64,000 bases of DNA from Rhizodiscina lignyota (taxonomy: Eukaryota): NCBI GenBank assembly GCA_010015805.1, contig ML978125.1, positions 310,001-374,000 on the forward strand, written 5' to 3'. The position numbers were made by a program, and so were the translations under genes. Under the pieces are notes generated by a model, which saw nothing but the letters and a program-made list of their open reading frames with translations, searched no databases and had not been told where the DNA came from. Position 1 is the stretch's first letter. Each line of letters opens with the position of its first letter. Positions 25,140 to 38,727 of the stretch are shown here, piece by piece.

Positions 25140-27314
25140 ATGTCGAGCCTCCGCGACTACGGCCCAGCTGCTCCCCATGGTCCTAACATGGACGGGGAGC
25201 ACGTTGCTACCGCCAACATCGACCAGATCAGCAACATCCACAACATGGATCCCCGTGAGGAGGCCGTCTTCAAGCAGATCCTCCTACCCGACGACAGCTA
25301 CGACGAGACTGGCACGTACTGGGCCGACATGAACATCTTCCGCCGCATAAAGTTCGTCAACAAGGTCGACAGCGCCGAGTCATGGAGCGAGCTGCAAGCC
25401 ATTGGCCGCATGATCAGGGCCGACCCTCTCAGTCCGGTTATGTACTACATCAAGAACATGGTCATTCCGGGTGCTGGTCTTTTGCTCGAAGGGTGAGATC
25501 ATTTCTTCCATTTTCGGCCGCCGAAACGGTGCAGCTTGGCTGACAGGGGTCTCAGTTATGTGCTCTTCTCCATTGGCAACGTCCGTCCTCTCCTCCAGGC
25601 TGCATTCAAGGAGTGCTGGAAAACATTCGCCATTTGCAACCAGACCTGGACGCAGGCAATTGACTACTTGGAAATTTGCGGTATCATTGTTGGTATGCTG
25701 AAATCGCGGTTCCTGGCGGTGGCGAACATACGCTAACAAACAACTCCACAGGTCAGATTCTTGTCGGTATCATTGGTGACTGGATCGGTCGCCGATGGGG
25801 TCTTATTCAAGATGCTATAATCATGTTTGTCGGTCTGATCATGCTTACTGCTGCCTGGGGTGTCACCCAGAACGGCTGGGTTATCTGCTACGTCTGGTCT
25901 CTGTTCTTCTACGGCATCGGTGTGGGTGGCGAGTATCCCATGACTGCCACCTCCGGTATGGAGAACGCCGTCGGCTCTGGCAAGGTCTCCACGCGTGACG
26001 ACCGTCTGCACCGTGGCCGCAAAGTCACCAGCGCCTTCCTGATGCAGGGCTGGGGTCAATTCCTCAACCAGGTTCTCCTGATCCTGCTCCTCCTCATCAA
26101 CACTGGCGGCCACTCCAGCCCGCCATACTCTGAGCTCGCTACTCAGTGGACATACCGTCTCTCCTTCGCTTTCCCAGCGGCTGGCACGCTCTGGCTCGTC
26201 TACTACCGTACCTACAAGATGCACTCCGCTTCCAAGCAGCTCCAGCTCGCCAAGAAGAAGCAGAGCGTTACTGGCTACGATACTATGGCTCTCAAGTACA
26301 CCTTCACTTATTTCGGCCCTCGTGTCATTGCTACCGCTGGTGCCTGGTTTGCGAATGATATTTTCTTCTACGGCAACAAGCTCTTCCAAGGCCAGTTTAT
26401 CAAGATTCTTACCCCTGGCAACAGCTCCGTCATGGTCGGTTGGCTCTGGAACTTGCTCAACGTCGGTATCTCGCTGGTCGGTTACTACCTTGCCTCTTTC
26501 CTGATTGATAACAAGCTCTGTAAGATTCCCCCTAACCTCCTGGCCTATATTTTACTAACATATCTCAGACGGCCGCAAGTGGATGCAGATTGTCGGTTTC
26601 ATGCTCGACTTCATTCTCTTCACCGTTCCTGGTTTCGATTACGAGCACTACTCCACCACCGGCATCCACTCCTTCCAGACCATGTACTTCCTCTCTTCCT
26701 TCTTCAACCAGTTCGGTCCCAACGCCGTCACCTTCATTGCGGCCGCCGAGGTGTTCCCCACTCCTATCCGTGCCACTGCCCACGGTTTCTCCGCTGCCTG
26801 CGGCAAGCTCGGTGCCCTTACTGCCGCCATTATGCTCAACTACCTCACCCAGCCGCAAATCTTCAAGGTCGTGCCATGGTTCGGTCTTGCCGGCTCTATC
26901 GTCACCTTCCTCTTCCTCCCGGATACCACCGGTCTTGATCTTAAGGAACAGGAACGCCGCTGGCACTTCATCCGCAACGGTCTTGAGCACGAGTACCACG
27001 GTGTTGCCATCCACCCCAAGCACTTGTCCGTCTGGGAGCGTATCCGTGGCGTCGGCAAGCACTACAACGCCGAGCTCGACTACCAGCAGCGCATCGAGGA
27101 GCTCCGCGGCGACTGGGAGCGCTGGATGGAGCGCAAGGCGATGGAGAAGGAGGCTGGTGACATTGACGAGGTTGACGACGACGACTTCTCTGATGAGGTC
27201 TCCACTTACTTCTCGCGTACGAGCAACAGGACGCCCGGCCAGACGCCCATGATGGCCGGCCAGGAGAAGAAGGAGGTCCCCGGGGAGGAGAACGGCAACG
27301 GCGTGCAGATCTAA
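25140..27314 (+). CDS. MFS inorganic phosphate/glycerophosphodiester transporter (Pho84/Git1-like), 4 exons
   Basis: GLLLEG|YVLFSIG, GDWIGRR, GIGVGGEYP, MQGWGQ, WFANDIFFYG, QFGPNAVTF..AAEVFPT and RATAHG.SAA.GKLGA. Introns at ~25493-25555, ~25693-25751 and ~26520-26568. Codon bias is strong. Confidence 0.9.
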
Positions 27315-28410
27315 GCGGAGCTTGGTCTCGCGCGTTGGTTATTGTTTAAGTAGGTTTGGGCTAGTAATAATGGATGGTGACGCAGTTGACGATAGATGGT
27401 TTTGGTCTATGCAATAGATTGGGAAAAAGAATGACTTTTGTGTCCCTTTTTTTCTCTCTCTGGTGGAAAAGATCATGTGTTGACGGTTTTTACATTCGCT
27501 GAATTCCCCCCCTTTTTTTTTCCTGTATACCATACTTTCGCCATCTCTCACCAAAATACCCAAAGTGCCATCGTTGGATCAGTTCTCTCAACATACCACA
27601 TTATCACCATCACTGTACTCTAAAACGTGGCACCGGTGAACTCCAGGTAGAAACATGGTGTACCACTCTATACGATCTAATAATATCACCGAGTGCCCGT
27701 CTGCATTGTACCACGTACCACCGTACCGTTATAGCTTTCCAGGGCGTTGGAATGTGTTGGTGGATGGGCCCCCCGGTCCCGTTCGTGGGAGCGTGGCTGA
27801 TGTGATACGATGCTCGAGCGAGGAGCAGCGCGGCGAGGCCGCAGCACGGGCTGTGAGTGGACGAGCGCCCTGCGTTCGCGGGCACCTGCTCTCGTTCTCG
27901 GTGTCGCCGAGACATTTCGCACTGTCATCAAACCCGCGAATACTCGCGTGAAGCTTATCCTCGCCTTTCCTTTCTTTTTCCTAACCCGTGCTTTTCTGTC
28001 TCCAAAGTGTCGAATTGCTCCCTCGTAGCATGATGATTTGGAAAGTCCGGAAGCTGGAATGCGACGACTCGGATTTCTAACTGACTCGCTCTGAGTAACG
28101 TAGACGACAGATCAGATTTACCATATTCGCTAAAACTGCATACGCGAAGGGTCCTAATTCGGCTGATCGCCAAGTGCATCTGCCGCTTCTCAAAAAATCC
28201 GATCTTTGTAGAAGATCCTTTCGTCTCATCGTCGATGAAGTCGTCATCTCTGTCTTTTCGCTTTCCCCATCAGCATGCACGCTCCTCTTGGCCCACCGAT
28301 TATCGCGGCCTCGAAAGGCAAATCAAGGCTTACGATCCCGCAACCGCAATCTGCATGTCAATGACGGCGAATTTCTGTGAGGTGGCGTCGATGCGATTCC
28401 AGAGACACCT

Positions 28411-31400
28411 TCAGCGTTTCCGCAGCTCGCCTCGCTCAAGACCTGGATCTTCCTTGTTCCGCGGTCTGAAGCACTTCGTGAAGATATGCGATACTCTGTT
28501 TGTCCAGGAATGCAGACCCTCTTGATCGAGATTCTCTGGCTCTTTGCTATCCGTCACTCCTATGTGTGTGTCTCTGAAAGCGCTCTTCTCAGGTATTGGT
28601 ATGCCACCCTCTGAATTGCGTGCGTCTTCATTCCGTGTGCGTTGGGCCGCCCGGTGGAACAGGTTCTCTTTCACTGATTGCAAACATTTTGACTTGGGCA
28701 GTCCCTGGGTTTTCAGCCAGTAAAATGCAAGCCAGACGGCAATTGCTGTCACGACCAAAGACACGATTTCGCCAACAGCTGTGCTCGTCAGTTATGTTCT
28801 ATCCCAAAAGCCGAGTTGAACGTACTCATCCAACGACCAATGTACCCGGTTGTATACAAATAAGAGTTATCCACGTTGATCTGCTGCCTGTGGAACTTAT
28901 CAATTGGAAGCGCAAAGAGACTCGATATGAATGATAATGGTGTGAAGACAACGGTGATGATTGTGAAGCCTATGACGGCGGTGCTTAGCGTCGTGCTGTT
29001 ATGCGACTCTTTCAGACCGGCGTGCTTGGATTTCAGGTCGAGTTGGGTGAGTATCCACTTCTCCACCCGTTCCGCATCTCCATCTATTTTTTCAATGCGC
29101 CGTTTGAACTTCGGCAGCTGCTCCATAGGCCGTTCAATAATTCTTTGAAGCGTCGATTTGACATCTGGCTTCGTATCCTTCCATATCTCTTTAGACCGGT
29201 CTTTCCAAAACGCATTCCAGACTTCTTCTTGTTGGATAAGTACGTTCTTGATCATCGCGAGTTCATCTCGAATGTCGCTTATATAGTGAATGAATCTCTC
29301 CTCTTCTTCGATTTGAATAACATCCATGCCATGCTCCATGTAGCGCTGCACCTCATCGTATGTAGTCGCAACGGCTTTCTCGAATGTGTAGAAGATCGAC
29401 TCTTCCAGCCCAGCCATGCATGGGCGTTCGAGGAAGTTAATGCATTCAGAGATAATGTAGGCCGTAAGCTGCTCGCTAGTCAGGCGACTGATCACTCGCG
29501 ATTTTGTGTTTTCAAATTCATTTCGTATATGACGATACAGAAACTGGTGTCGTGTATCTGGAAATGCGGTTATGACGGCATTGTCAACCTTAAACAGCCA
29601 CAGCTGTGAAACCATGAGCAGTCGTATGATTTCGTCTTTGCTCTGGTCTTCGCTCTGGTCTCTGCCCTGGTCTCTGCTTTGGTCTTTGCTCTGGTCTTTC
29701 GCAACCCGGCTTATCACCTGGTCGCCGTTGCGTTTCGCCAGCTGTGAGTTGCTTAAGCCTAGATAATAGAATTCATCCAACGTACGAGGGAGATGCGCAT
29801 TCGTAAATGACGTCCTTCTTAGAGCCAGATCAGTCTTCCGCGTGGCGAGTAGATATTCTCTGTTCGTCGAATCGAAGTATGGAAGCTGATCAAAGTACGG
29901 TTAGTCATTCCACACCGCCGAAATATGCTTTCTGTCCTTACCACAATCGACGCAAGCTGCGCTGTCTTTGGAGATTTGAGTTCTTGATATGTGCGAGCCG
30001 CATCTGCCTTTCCAGTGGCCGCCTCTGTATTACTGGTCTTCACTGCCCCATTCGAGATGCCACGTCCCTCGTCTCTTTCCACGTCAGCTCCCAGTTCCCT
30101 CTCGTACTTTCCAGTCGCCTCGCCTTCGATCTCGCCGTTTGAATCCTCATTGTCGGCGCCATCTCTGTTATCAAGAAATTCAACAGTTTTTTCTTTGGCG
30201 GTTTCATCGCCATAAGAGTCATAAACTCCAAAATGGACCGTAAAACGGAAGCTCTCACTTTCTGCCGTTGTGACAGTTTCCGAGTAGGTGGTAAAATAGG
30301 AAGGTTCCCGGAATTTCAAACTGGACTCAGCAGCATTCTGTTCGAGAAAGGTCCGAGCAAGAAATTGAAGGATTTGCCTCGTCACATCCTTATCATGGCC
30401 TCGTAGTACGCTGACTTTGCTGATGAGTGCCTTGCGTCACTTAGTGCATATTGCCCATGACGAGGTGCGTCGACTTACAGTGAACAATGGATCCTGATAT
30501 GCAATTAGAAAACCTCACATGCAGTGCTTAGTCGACTTACATTATTCTCATCCAGATGGAACCAAAATGCAGTCCGTTTCTCTCGAATATACCGCCAGGC
30601 CTCGTTAGGGTTTTCGTCTTTGAAGCATTGTTGAAGGGGCGTCTCTAAGACTGCTTTCTGTTTCAACATCATAAGGCGAAGTTGGCGATTTGCCCTCTCA
30701 GGCCTTAAAACAGAGTCGTTTGCCGACAACTCGCAGGCAAATCGAAGCAATTTTTTAATTGAGAATCTTGGGTACGCAATGTCCCACGCTGTTTTTCCGT
30801 TTCGGTCTCGAGCGAAAAGGTTGGCCTTTCTTTCGAGTAATGCTTTAAAGAGTTTCTTCTGTCCTGTTTTGGCTGCTTCATGAATCAGGGTCAATCCTTC
30901 GGAAATTTCTAAATTGGCGTCCGTATGGCCCACGTCGATCAGATGTCCTACGATCTCAGCGCGGGTTTCGACATTGTCGTCAGCAGATGTATAAGGACTC
31001 GACGCAAGGCGAGATACATATGCATCCCAGTTGACGCCCTGACAAAATTCTTTCGGAAGTTCCTTGAGAAAATACACCAAAACAAGGTTGCGTCCTTCCC
31101 AAAGAGCCAAGTCGACAATAGTTTCGCCCTGAAAGGTTCGCTCTTTCCAATCTGCCCGTCTCTCGATTAGGAACTTTACAATGTTCAGCTTGCCAGATGC
31201 AGCGGCCAGGTGCAGAGCTGTGCGGCCTGCTTTATTCTTTTGGTTGATCTTTGCATCATTCTCGACAAGGTAAGTTGCTATCTCCAAGGATCCTCTGGAA
31301 GTGGCCAACTGCAAAGGTGTGAGATAGTCTAGGTCGGCCTCATTGTTGACATCGGCATTGCTGCTCACTAGGACTTTGGTAATCTCCAAGAAACCCATAG

Positions 31401-31859
31401 AGATAGCCAGCTGGAGCGGAGTTATCCCATAGTCGTTCCGCACATTGACGTTTGCACCTTCCTTGATCAAGTACTTGACGACATCAGTCCTCCCATACTG
31501 AGCCGCTTCGTGTAATGCCGTCGTCTCCTCTCCTCTAACTTGGTGATCCACATTGGTTCGTGAATCATTCAGGATAATTTTGACAGCCTCAATATGTCCG
31601 GCCCTCGCTCGTTGAACCAAGGCGTCGTCGATCTTGGCTCGTGGATCGATCAAGCAAGCTTGAAAGAAATTAAGATCAATAGCCCTTTCTGCGAGAAACT
31701 CATTTAAATCTGGGATATAGTCAGGACATAGCGAGACAGTTCCACAACAGCAGATGGCTTACCGTTCTCGGATATCTCTCCAGTCTCATTCGTCGAGATC
31801 TGTGTCAATTGGGGTGAGAGATCGCCTCCACTCCAGCCATTGGCGTTTGATGTTTCCAT
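28411..31859 (-). CDS. Ankyrin-repeat protein with C-terminal CorA-like transmembrane domain, multi-exon
   Basis: Ankyrin repeats TALHEAA, TPLQLA (x2) and TALHLAA. Later motifs are LPYF, RTLDEFYY, RNGDQV, LLMVSQLWL, DIRDELAMI, LDLK and FTIITVVFTPLSFISSLF. Splicing restores the frame, including a 15-nt micro-exon at 30479-30493. The start position is uncertain. Confidence 0.8.
29629..29701 (-). repeat. Coding 12-bp tandem repeat (KDQS/RDQG/EDQS) in the ankyrin/CorA gene
   Basis: About 5-6 imperfect copies of ctctggtcttYg on + encode KDQSKDQSRDQGRDQSEDQSKD. Confidence 0.75.
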
Positions 31860-33119
31860 GTTAGACAGAAGCATTGACCAGATAATACGCGAAGTGTGGC
31901 AGACACATTGCAAGCTCAATGGGCAAGACAATGAAGGCGTAATGTGGGCAAACAAGTTTGCCAATTACAATGGTTCAGAGTGGTGATTCCGGTGAAGAAG
32001 CCAAGCACCGGTGCTCAGCCTGATCAGTCAGAAACCCATATCCGAACCATCGCAGCTTATTAACGCAAAACTAAAGAGACGTAATGGACGGTTTGGCAAC
32101 TTGGGCCAATACTCCGGACTATAGCAGATAAAATGGAGGAGCAAGAGCGAAGTATTAGAAATTCGATTCTCTTCGGCGAGTATGGAAGCATGCGGAGATA
32201 GTAAGAAATATAAGATTGGACGACTGGAAATATGAGGAGCTGAACAGATGCGAAGCCTTGCAGCGATTGCGGCCATGATTGGGTCTCTCGACCTCCCCAT
32301 GGCACTTCGGGTATGCATCGGTTACGACATGCATCGTACCCTGTCCAGAGGAGAGGTTGACGAGTGAAGGACCTCCGTTTGGGGGAGTCGTACATTCTTC
32401 AGTTGCGGAGAGGTCGTCAGGAGGTTCCAATCTGGGAGGTTGTGCAGAGTTGGACGTGGCCACGGAAAACGCCGAAGCTCAACCAGGACTGCCCTAGGAC
32501 GCAAAGGGCTTGGGGGCTTTACGCACCTAAGGAAAGGCACATCCACTCTGAGAGCTGGGTGAAGTTCAGGGCTTATGAGCACCCAGAAATTCCAGAATGC
32601 GGTCCGCGCCGCTAATGCTAGCTCGGCTCGCGAAGCCTTTCGATATCGACATTCCGCAAGTGCCAAGTTGAGGCTCAAAGATTGGAAATGCATTTGGGAC
32701 AGTCATGGCTTACTCTAGTAGTAGGATAGGTCATTAAGGCACCTTATCATTTCATGCACACATATTTTGCAAATAGAGACCTATACTAATACCGTGCTAT
32801 GTATTCCGCCAGAATTTCTCTGACACGGCCATATTTTATGTCGAGACTTCCGTTAGAGGTATCCTACATGCGTAGCTCGAGTACGGGTCAACGGTCCAAC
32901 CTCCCCTTTCAAACTTGGTGAAATTCGTGATCAAGTTGCTATATCAATTAGATGAGTATCTGAGTCACTATAAGGACACCACCAGAAGCTTAGCATTATA
33001 TTCCATTTCATTCCTCGTCTAAAACGTGTACAGCGTACAATTTGCTAATTCAGGAAGGGGCAGATTCCGTTGACAGATTCCGTTTAACGACTTTGCTAGG
33101 CTATCTTTACATATATCAT

Positions 33120-35764
33120 TCATGACTTTCCCCCGAACCTTCCAAACCCAACCGCCCCATCCCGTCTGAAGAACTTCCCCAAATTCTTCAAATTCTCGTT
33201 CAAGTTCCCCGTGCTCACACTAGGCTCAGGCTGTTGCGCAGGTGCCAGTCCTCCAACCGTTGGCGGACTTGGATTATCGCTTCCTCTCTGCCCGCCTGAT
33301 CCTAAAGCCGGACTGCCAAAGCGATCAACCCCCTCTCTCGCCGCGCTGATGAGAGCAGATCCAAACGCACCGGGATCGAAGCGGCCGCCGGCGATGCCCT
33401 TGCTGTCCGCTGCGCCTGTGGTCGCAGGAGCGGTGCTCTGTTGCGACGCAGCAATCTGTAGTGGTCCGAGTAGCGGAGAGGATGCGACAAGATTGACATT
33501 TGAGGGCGCAGAGCAGTGCGCTGTGAATATTTCAAGAAGAGAGGTTTGCTCGGGGCGACGAATACCTTTGAGTTCGAGGATCTTGCGAAAGTTCGTGTCG
33601 GAGCGGTCGGCGATATGGATGAGATAGGCCGAGACAAGGGCTTCGGGTGGTGATGGACGCACTTGAAGAGTCTTGAGAAGCGGATCAAACTTGGCTGTTG
33701 TAGTTGTGACACGTTTTACGAAACTGATAGGAATGTTAGTAAAGTTAAAATTATTAAGGCAATGTGCAAGAGAAAGATGGAACGCACCTTTGTGGAGGAG
33801 GGGTGCCTGGCTCCAAACCAATGGAGCCAAGTTCTGTCAGCCCTTTCTTCAGTGCATATGAGTCAAGGAGCATCTGCTCTGCGCCGACCTCTGAGACTGG
33901 CTTGCATTGCACGATATTATTGATGAATGTAGTTACCACCGAATCAACCATGTTGTCGCAGAATGCGCGCGAATACTGCTGCTTGTGCATGTACTTGATG
34001 ATTTCCGTTGCTTTTTCCTGCAGTCGTTGCAAGAGTAGAGCAACGTACGTGCTTTGGTCGCCAACGCTTTCGAGCTTGCCCCATGGCGTATTGCGCATCT
34101 CACGCCAGGCTGGCTCACATTCCGTCTCGACCTTGCGAACGAGAGCCCGAATCGTGGCACTGGCGATACCCATGAATGCATCTGCTTGGCTTTGCAGGTC
34201 CACGCTCGACCGGAATTCTTCATCAATCCGTCCCTTGATCTTTTCTTCGAGTTGGTTGCTGGTCTGGTAGCAATAATCTGCCGTATTAATAATTACGATG
34301 CAGTCTTCGATCGAGGGTCCTTGAGGTCCAAACCGCTCGGAAAGGAAGTAGAACAACACTTGCTGGCTATACTCTTCCAAGTACTTTGCAAAGGTCTTCG
34401 ATAATTCTAAGAGTCGGCTGCCTGTCGAAAGCTTCGCACATTGAGCAAGTCCAAGGCGATAGAAGTGGAACAGTTCGGTAGACGACGCCATCACAGACTG
34501 GGGTGAAAATTCCTCGTCTGCATTTCGAATAGGCTGTTGTCGATACTTTGGGATAAGTGTACCCAACTGCTTATCCTGTGATTCTACCCATAGCGTCATG
34601 TACGGCTCGAACGCCTCCGATATTAGATGGCCTGATGAAGGGGGCTTTTCGTCTCGAGAAGTCATAGTATCGATCGATGCTCGTGAATCGTTGGCGAAGC
34701 GCCGGTCGAGGCTATGCTCAAAGTCTAGCGTTTCTTGAAGACATGAGAGCAAAAGGTTCACATCGATTGTTTGACCGTCTATTCGCCGCATGGACCGCTG
34801 TAGTATTGCCTTGAAATCATCTCTGGTTCCTTCGCAGAAGGCGTTGGCGAGCATCTCGTTGACCCGCCAGTGCGAAGGGAAGATGCTGGCATGCTCATTG
34901 TCATATGTCTTTAGCATCCGATTGAACCAAGAGTAGCGGCGCGATATATTGTCCAGCGAGCCTGCCTCATCGTTGCCCCGAAAGACCTGCCTGTACTCTC
35001 GGAGTTGAGTATTGCAGTACCACGTTATGAGCCGCGACCGAGCATGTTCGCCCAATGCATCCATAACCAGACAGGCTTCAGCAAGCATTCGTTTCCGCTG
35101 AGATACCTCTGCCTTTGCGAATGTAACCTCAAAGTCCTCACACACTTGCTCCATCAGCTCTCTTTGTAAGTCCGCCACGTTGCGGCTCAGCGTCGCAATC
35201 TGGTCAATCGACCTGTAACTCTTGAAATGCGCCGCTAGCTGCATCACAGCTTGAAGCAGCTGCGCACATTCGCGATACTGCCGTGTCTTGCTCAGCCCCC
35301 TTAGTTGTTCATAAGCCGTCGTGAGCATCTGCAACCGCTTCAGAGCAGTCATCGAGAGCGTGAGATTGCGCTTCGTGCCATCCAGCCTCTTAATGTCCGC
35401 CGTCATCTCTGTGATCGTCTGTTCTGTCTGTATCGCTCGCTCGCGCACATTCTCAATCTTCTTGAAGAGCTCTGCAAGCTCTGCCTTTGCAGCCTGGATG
35501 CGCTGCACGCTTCCCGTATCTGTTGCGAGCTGTGCAGTGACATGTTCGCTGATGTCCTCGTCAAGGTCGCGCTGATACTGTCGTAAGGTATCTGAGGTAG
35601 TTTCGACGGAGGCGAGGGTCGAGGGATGGGAGAATATCGCATTCAAGTGGTCGATGGGGTCGTAGTCGGCTATCACACTCGCGTTAGTACCTCGGAGCAA
35701 CGCTTCGACGACATCTCATACGGGAGTCAAGCGAGCTTGCTGTGGTTACAGTAGCTGCCGGCAT
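33120..35764 (-). CDS. VPS53: GARP complex subunit Vps53, 3 exons
   Basis: DYDPIDHLNAIF, LDGTKRNLTLSMTALKRLQML, SLDNISRRYSWF, AEQMLLD and RILELKG. First exon MPAATVTTASSLDS starts at ATG 35764; introns at ~35672-35721 and ~33732-33786. Confidence 0.92.
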
Positions 35765-37097
35765 AGAGGATCAATTCCAAAGATTAGTCGAAGTGAGAGG
35801 AGAGTTTCGAGGTTATACAGTTTTTGTGTGCAATGTAAAGCCGTACGATAATCCAAAAGATCAACGTAGCTTGCAGGGGTCGCGTGTCAGGGGTTTCTTT
35901 AGACGAGAAGTTGTTCTAGTCGTTCATCTCACCAGCTGCATACACCACATAAATTGAACAGCACTCATTCATTGTGTTACTGTATTTATGGATATATGGA
36001 TTTTCCAAGGCTATCGACCCCGCCGCTGTTTAATCTTCATGAGTGCTTGGGAACTAAGGAGCCCGTCCACGGAAGGCCCTCTCTGCCAACCACTTCAGAG
36101 GCTTTGTCCACAGAAATCTTTGATGCAGAGCATCCCCGGTACTCTCTCCATGATCCTCTAGGTCCTCTTTTCCAAGAATGAATGCTGCAGCTCCGCCAAG
36201 AACGAACCAAATCGCCGAAGGCAACCCAGGACGTTCGATACAGAGCATATCAGGGTACTAGAACATCTCATTGATTTCTTGAGACGTGAGCACTGGAGCT
36301 TGGGGATCATCTAGCTCCATGATCCACTTGAGTGCAAGAAGTGCGTCTTCGGAATTTTTCCATGCCCCCATCAAAAGGCCGCCACGATTTTGTCGTATCT
36401 AGCCGTAGAAACTCATGGAATATGGTTGTCGTCGCTCGTGGAGGACATTAGAAACTGGCTTCTGTGAGAAAGCAAACGCCACACAGCGGACCGGATGCTT
36501 AGCAGCAAAGTTTAGCATCGTAATATGCATTTCATGCTGCGAGATAATTTGACAGCATAGCTCTTGATGATGAGAGGTAATCTTGATGCTCTTGACGCGA
36601 TAGGTCTTGAAAGCGAGCATGGTTAGCAGGAAGTGGAGTTTAAGAGATGTACCCCTACGTTGTGGGTGAAGAAAGGGCCATCGGTTGTTGAACGCTATTT
36701 GCCCACCTACCTCTTTCAGGCATAAGTCTTGAAGTTTGTTCGATGTTATTAGGAGAATACAGAAGCTTCTGAGTATCATACTAGAGTCTGCAAGTATTGA
36801 CGCAGGTTATCATTCACCGCATCTAACAAGTTCACGCGGGAGCCTGAGAGATCAAAATATGACATTATGAAAAGGATGGAGTCTCACGCTCAAGGTACCT
36901 ATGGAAATAGACTTGAAAATACATCTGGACTGCTTCTTCGACTTGATGTGATGCAGTATTGAAGGACAATGGAGGTTGCGAGGATGACTCGAATTAACCA
37001 ACCGCGGCCCGTGACGGACCCCTTACAAATGCCCGAATTTGGCTTCACTGCTCTTGTTCGATCTCACAATCCAAACGTTCGTCTCTTTCATCACAAA

Positions 37098-37905
37098 ATG
37101 AACTTTCTTCGTACAGCTGTGAGATCACGGCCTTTGATATCAACGCGAGCCTTCTCTTTGACGACGAGGCGACGGGCGCTCGCAACTCCGGTCAATCTAC
37201 CAAAATGGTACGACACGGTCACGTTTCATATGAGTGGCAAACATTTCCATGCACTTTTATTTCGCGAAATATCACAGGACTTGCTCTGAACATAATTTGA
37301 CATCCGTCGGACATCCGTCGGATTAATTTTCAAATTCATAACTTGATCTGATGCCCAAATTGCAGGCTTCAAGATAACGGCCATCTCCTAAAACCCCCGA
37401 TCAATAACTACTGCGTCTACAACGACGATGTAACAGTCATGGTATGAGTGATATCTCAAATCATTTCCTGTACGCAAACTGACTCTCCCAGATTGTCGGT
37501 GGCCCCAACGCCCGGACAGACTACCACATCAACGAAACCCCCGAGTGGTTCTATCAGTACAAAGGCCGGATGCTGCTCAAGACCGTCGACGATGGTACCT
37601 TCAAAGACATCTATATCAACGAGGGTGAGATGTTCCTGCTGCCCCCAAACACGCCGCACAATCCGGTTCGTTTCGCCGATACCGTGGGAATCGTGATCGA
37701 GCAACACCGTCCGGAGGACTCGGTCGACCGGCTTCGCTGGTACTGCCAGAACTGCGGGCATCAGGTGCACGAAGCAAGTTTTCACTGCACAGATCTCGGT
37801 ACGCAGATCAAAGAGGCGGTGGAGAAGTTCAAGGCGGACACAGAGACGCGGACGTGCAAGAATTGTGGAACGCTGTGTGATACGGCACCGAAGTCGAGCT
37901 CGTGA
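37098..37905 (+). CDS. BNA1: 3-hydroxyanthranilate 3,4-dioxygenase with N-terminal extension, 3 exons
   Basis: Spliced across introns 37208-37365 and ~37442-37491: …[21 protein letters not shown]…[24 protein letters not shown]…[18 protein letters not shown]…WYCQNC…[11 protein letters not shown]…CKNC. The Fe ligands and rubredoxin-like CxxC pairs are intact. Confidence 0.93.
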
Positions 37906-38727
37906 GAGACGCATGTGAAATAATGCCTCAAATGAGCATGTAGAGTAGTCCGACGTCCCTTCCAAATAGAGCACGTGTGATCGCTTCTGTCATTTCCGCA
38001 TTACCTTGAAGCATGTGCTATCGGTTGGGGTGGAGCCACCATGTCGCGAGGGGTAACTCAACTCACTAAGTCCTCTACAATGTCGAGGGGCAGCTGATTG
38101 ATGGAATCGATGCCGGAAGAGGGTTTGGGCATCGTTGGAGTCTACTTCGAAGGAGCGACATTGAGCTGGAAATTATTTGAGAACGACCGTAAATATTCTG
38201 TATGCACAATGGAGTACAGTGGTGAGTGTGCATCTGAATGCCAGTGTGCTCTTTACAATGCCGTCGACATCCATCTGTGAGGTTCTTATTTGAGTGTGCA
38301 TATCGCAAGCGAGATGCAACAACAAATCTTCGTTAAGGCGAATGCTATTACACATACGTAAGGGCATGCAGCATGAGTGCCGAGGGAGAGTGCGAGCATC
38401 ACTGGAGTCAGCTTCGTAACGGCGACACTACGCCCGTAAGTTGCTATGCAAAGGTCTGAGCAAACATGACTTACATACTGCGAGTTATATATTGAGAGAG
38501 GGCACGAACATCACCAGAGTTTCTTTAGAAGGCACAGGCGCACACGAGAAGGCTGTTTTCGAAGACACTTGTATTCTCTATGTGCATTGAAGGGGGATCG
38601 TCTCAGCTTCTCCTCGAAGTCGAGGATACTGACGCCCGGCACCGCGTGAAGGTGCGATCCCCATCGCCGAGCTCCTCCTTTTACTCTACTCCATTACATC
38701 CAACCTTCCCAACGACCATTCCTTCTC

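Noticed and set aside
32028..32693. Short ORFs upstream of the ankyrin gene
   Set aside because: I found no recognisable motifs or convincing splice path; they may be UTR or promoter sequence.
33060..33085. Small direct duplications (CAGATTCCGTT x2; also CATCCGTCGGA x2 at ~37301-37322) as transposon footprints
   Set aside because: These isolated short duplications have no element ends and are indistinguishable from replication slippage.
35950..36800. Possible gene fragment between VPS53 and BNA1
   Set aside because: It is weakly coding-like but interrupted, and I could not assign a family by eye.
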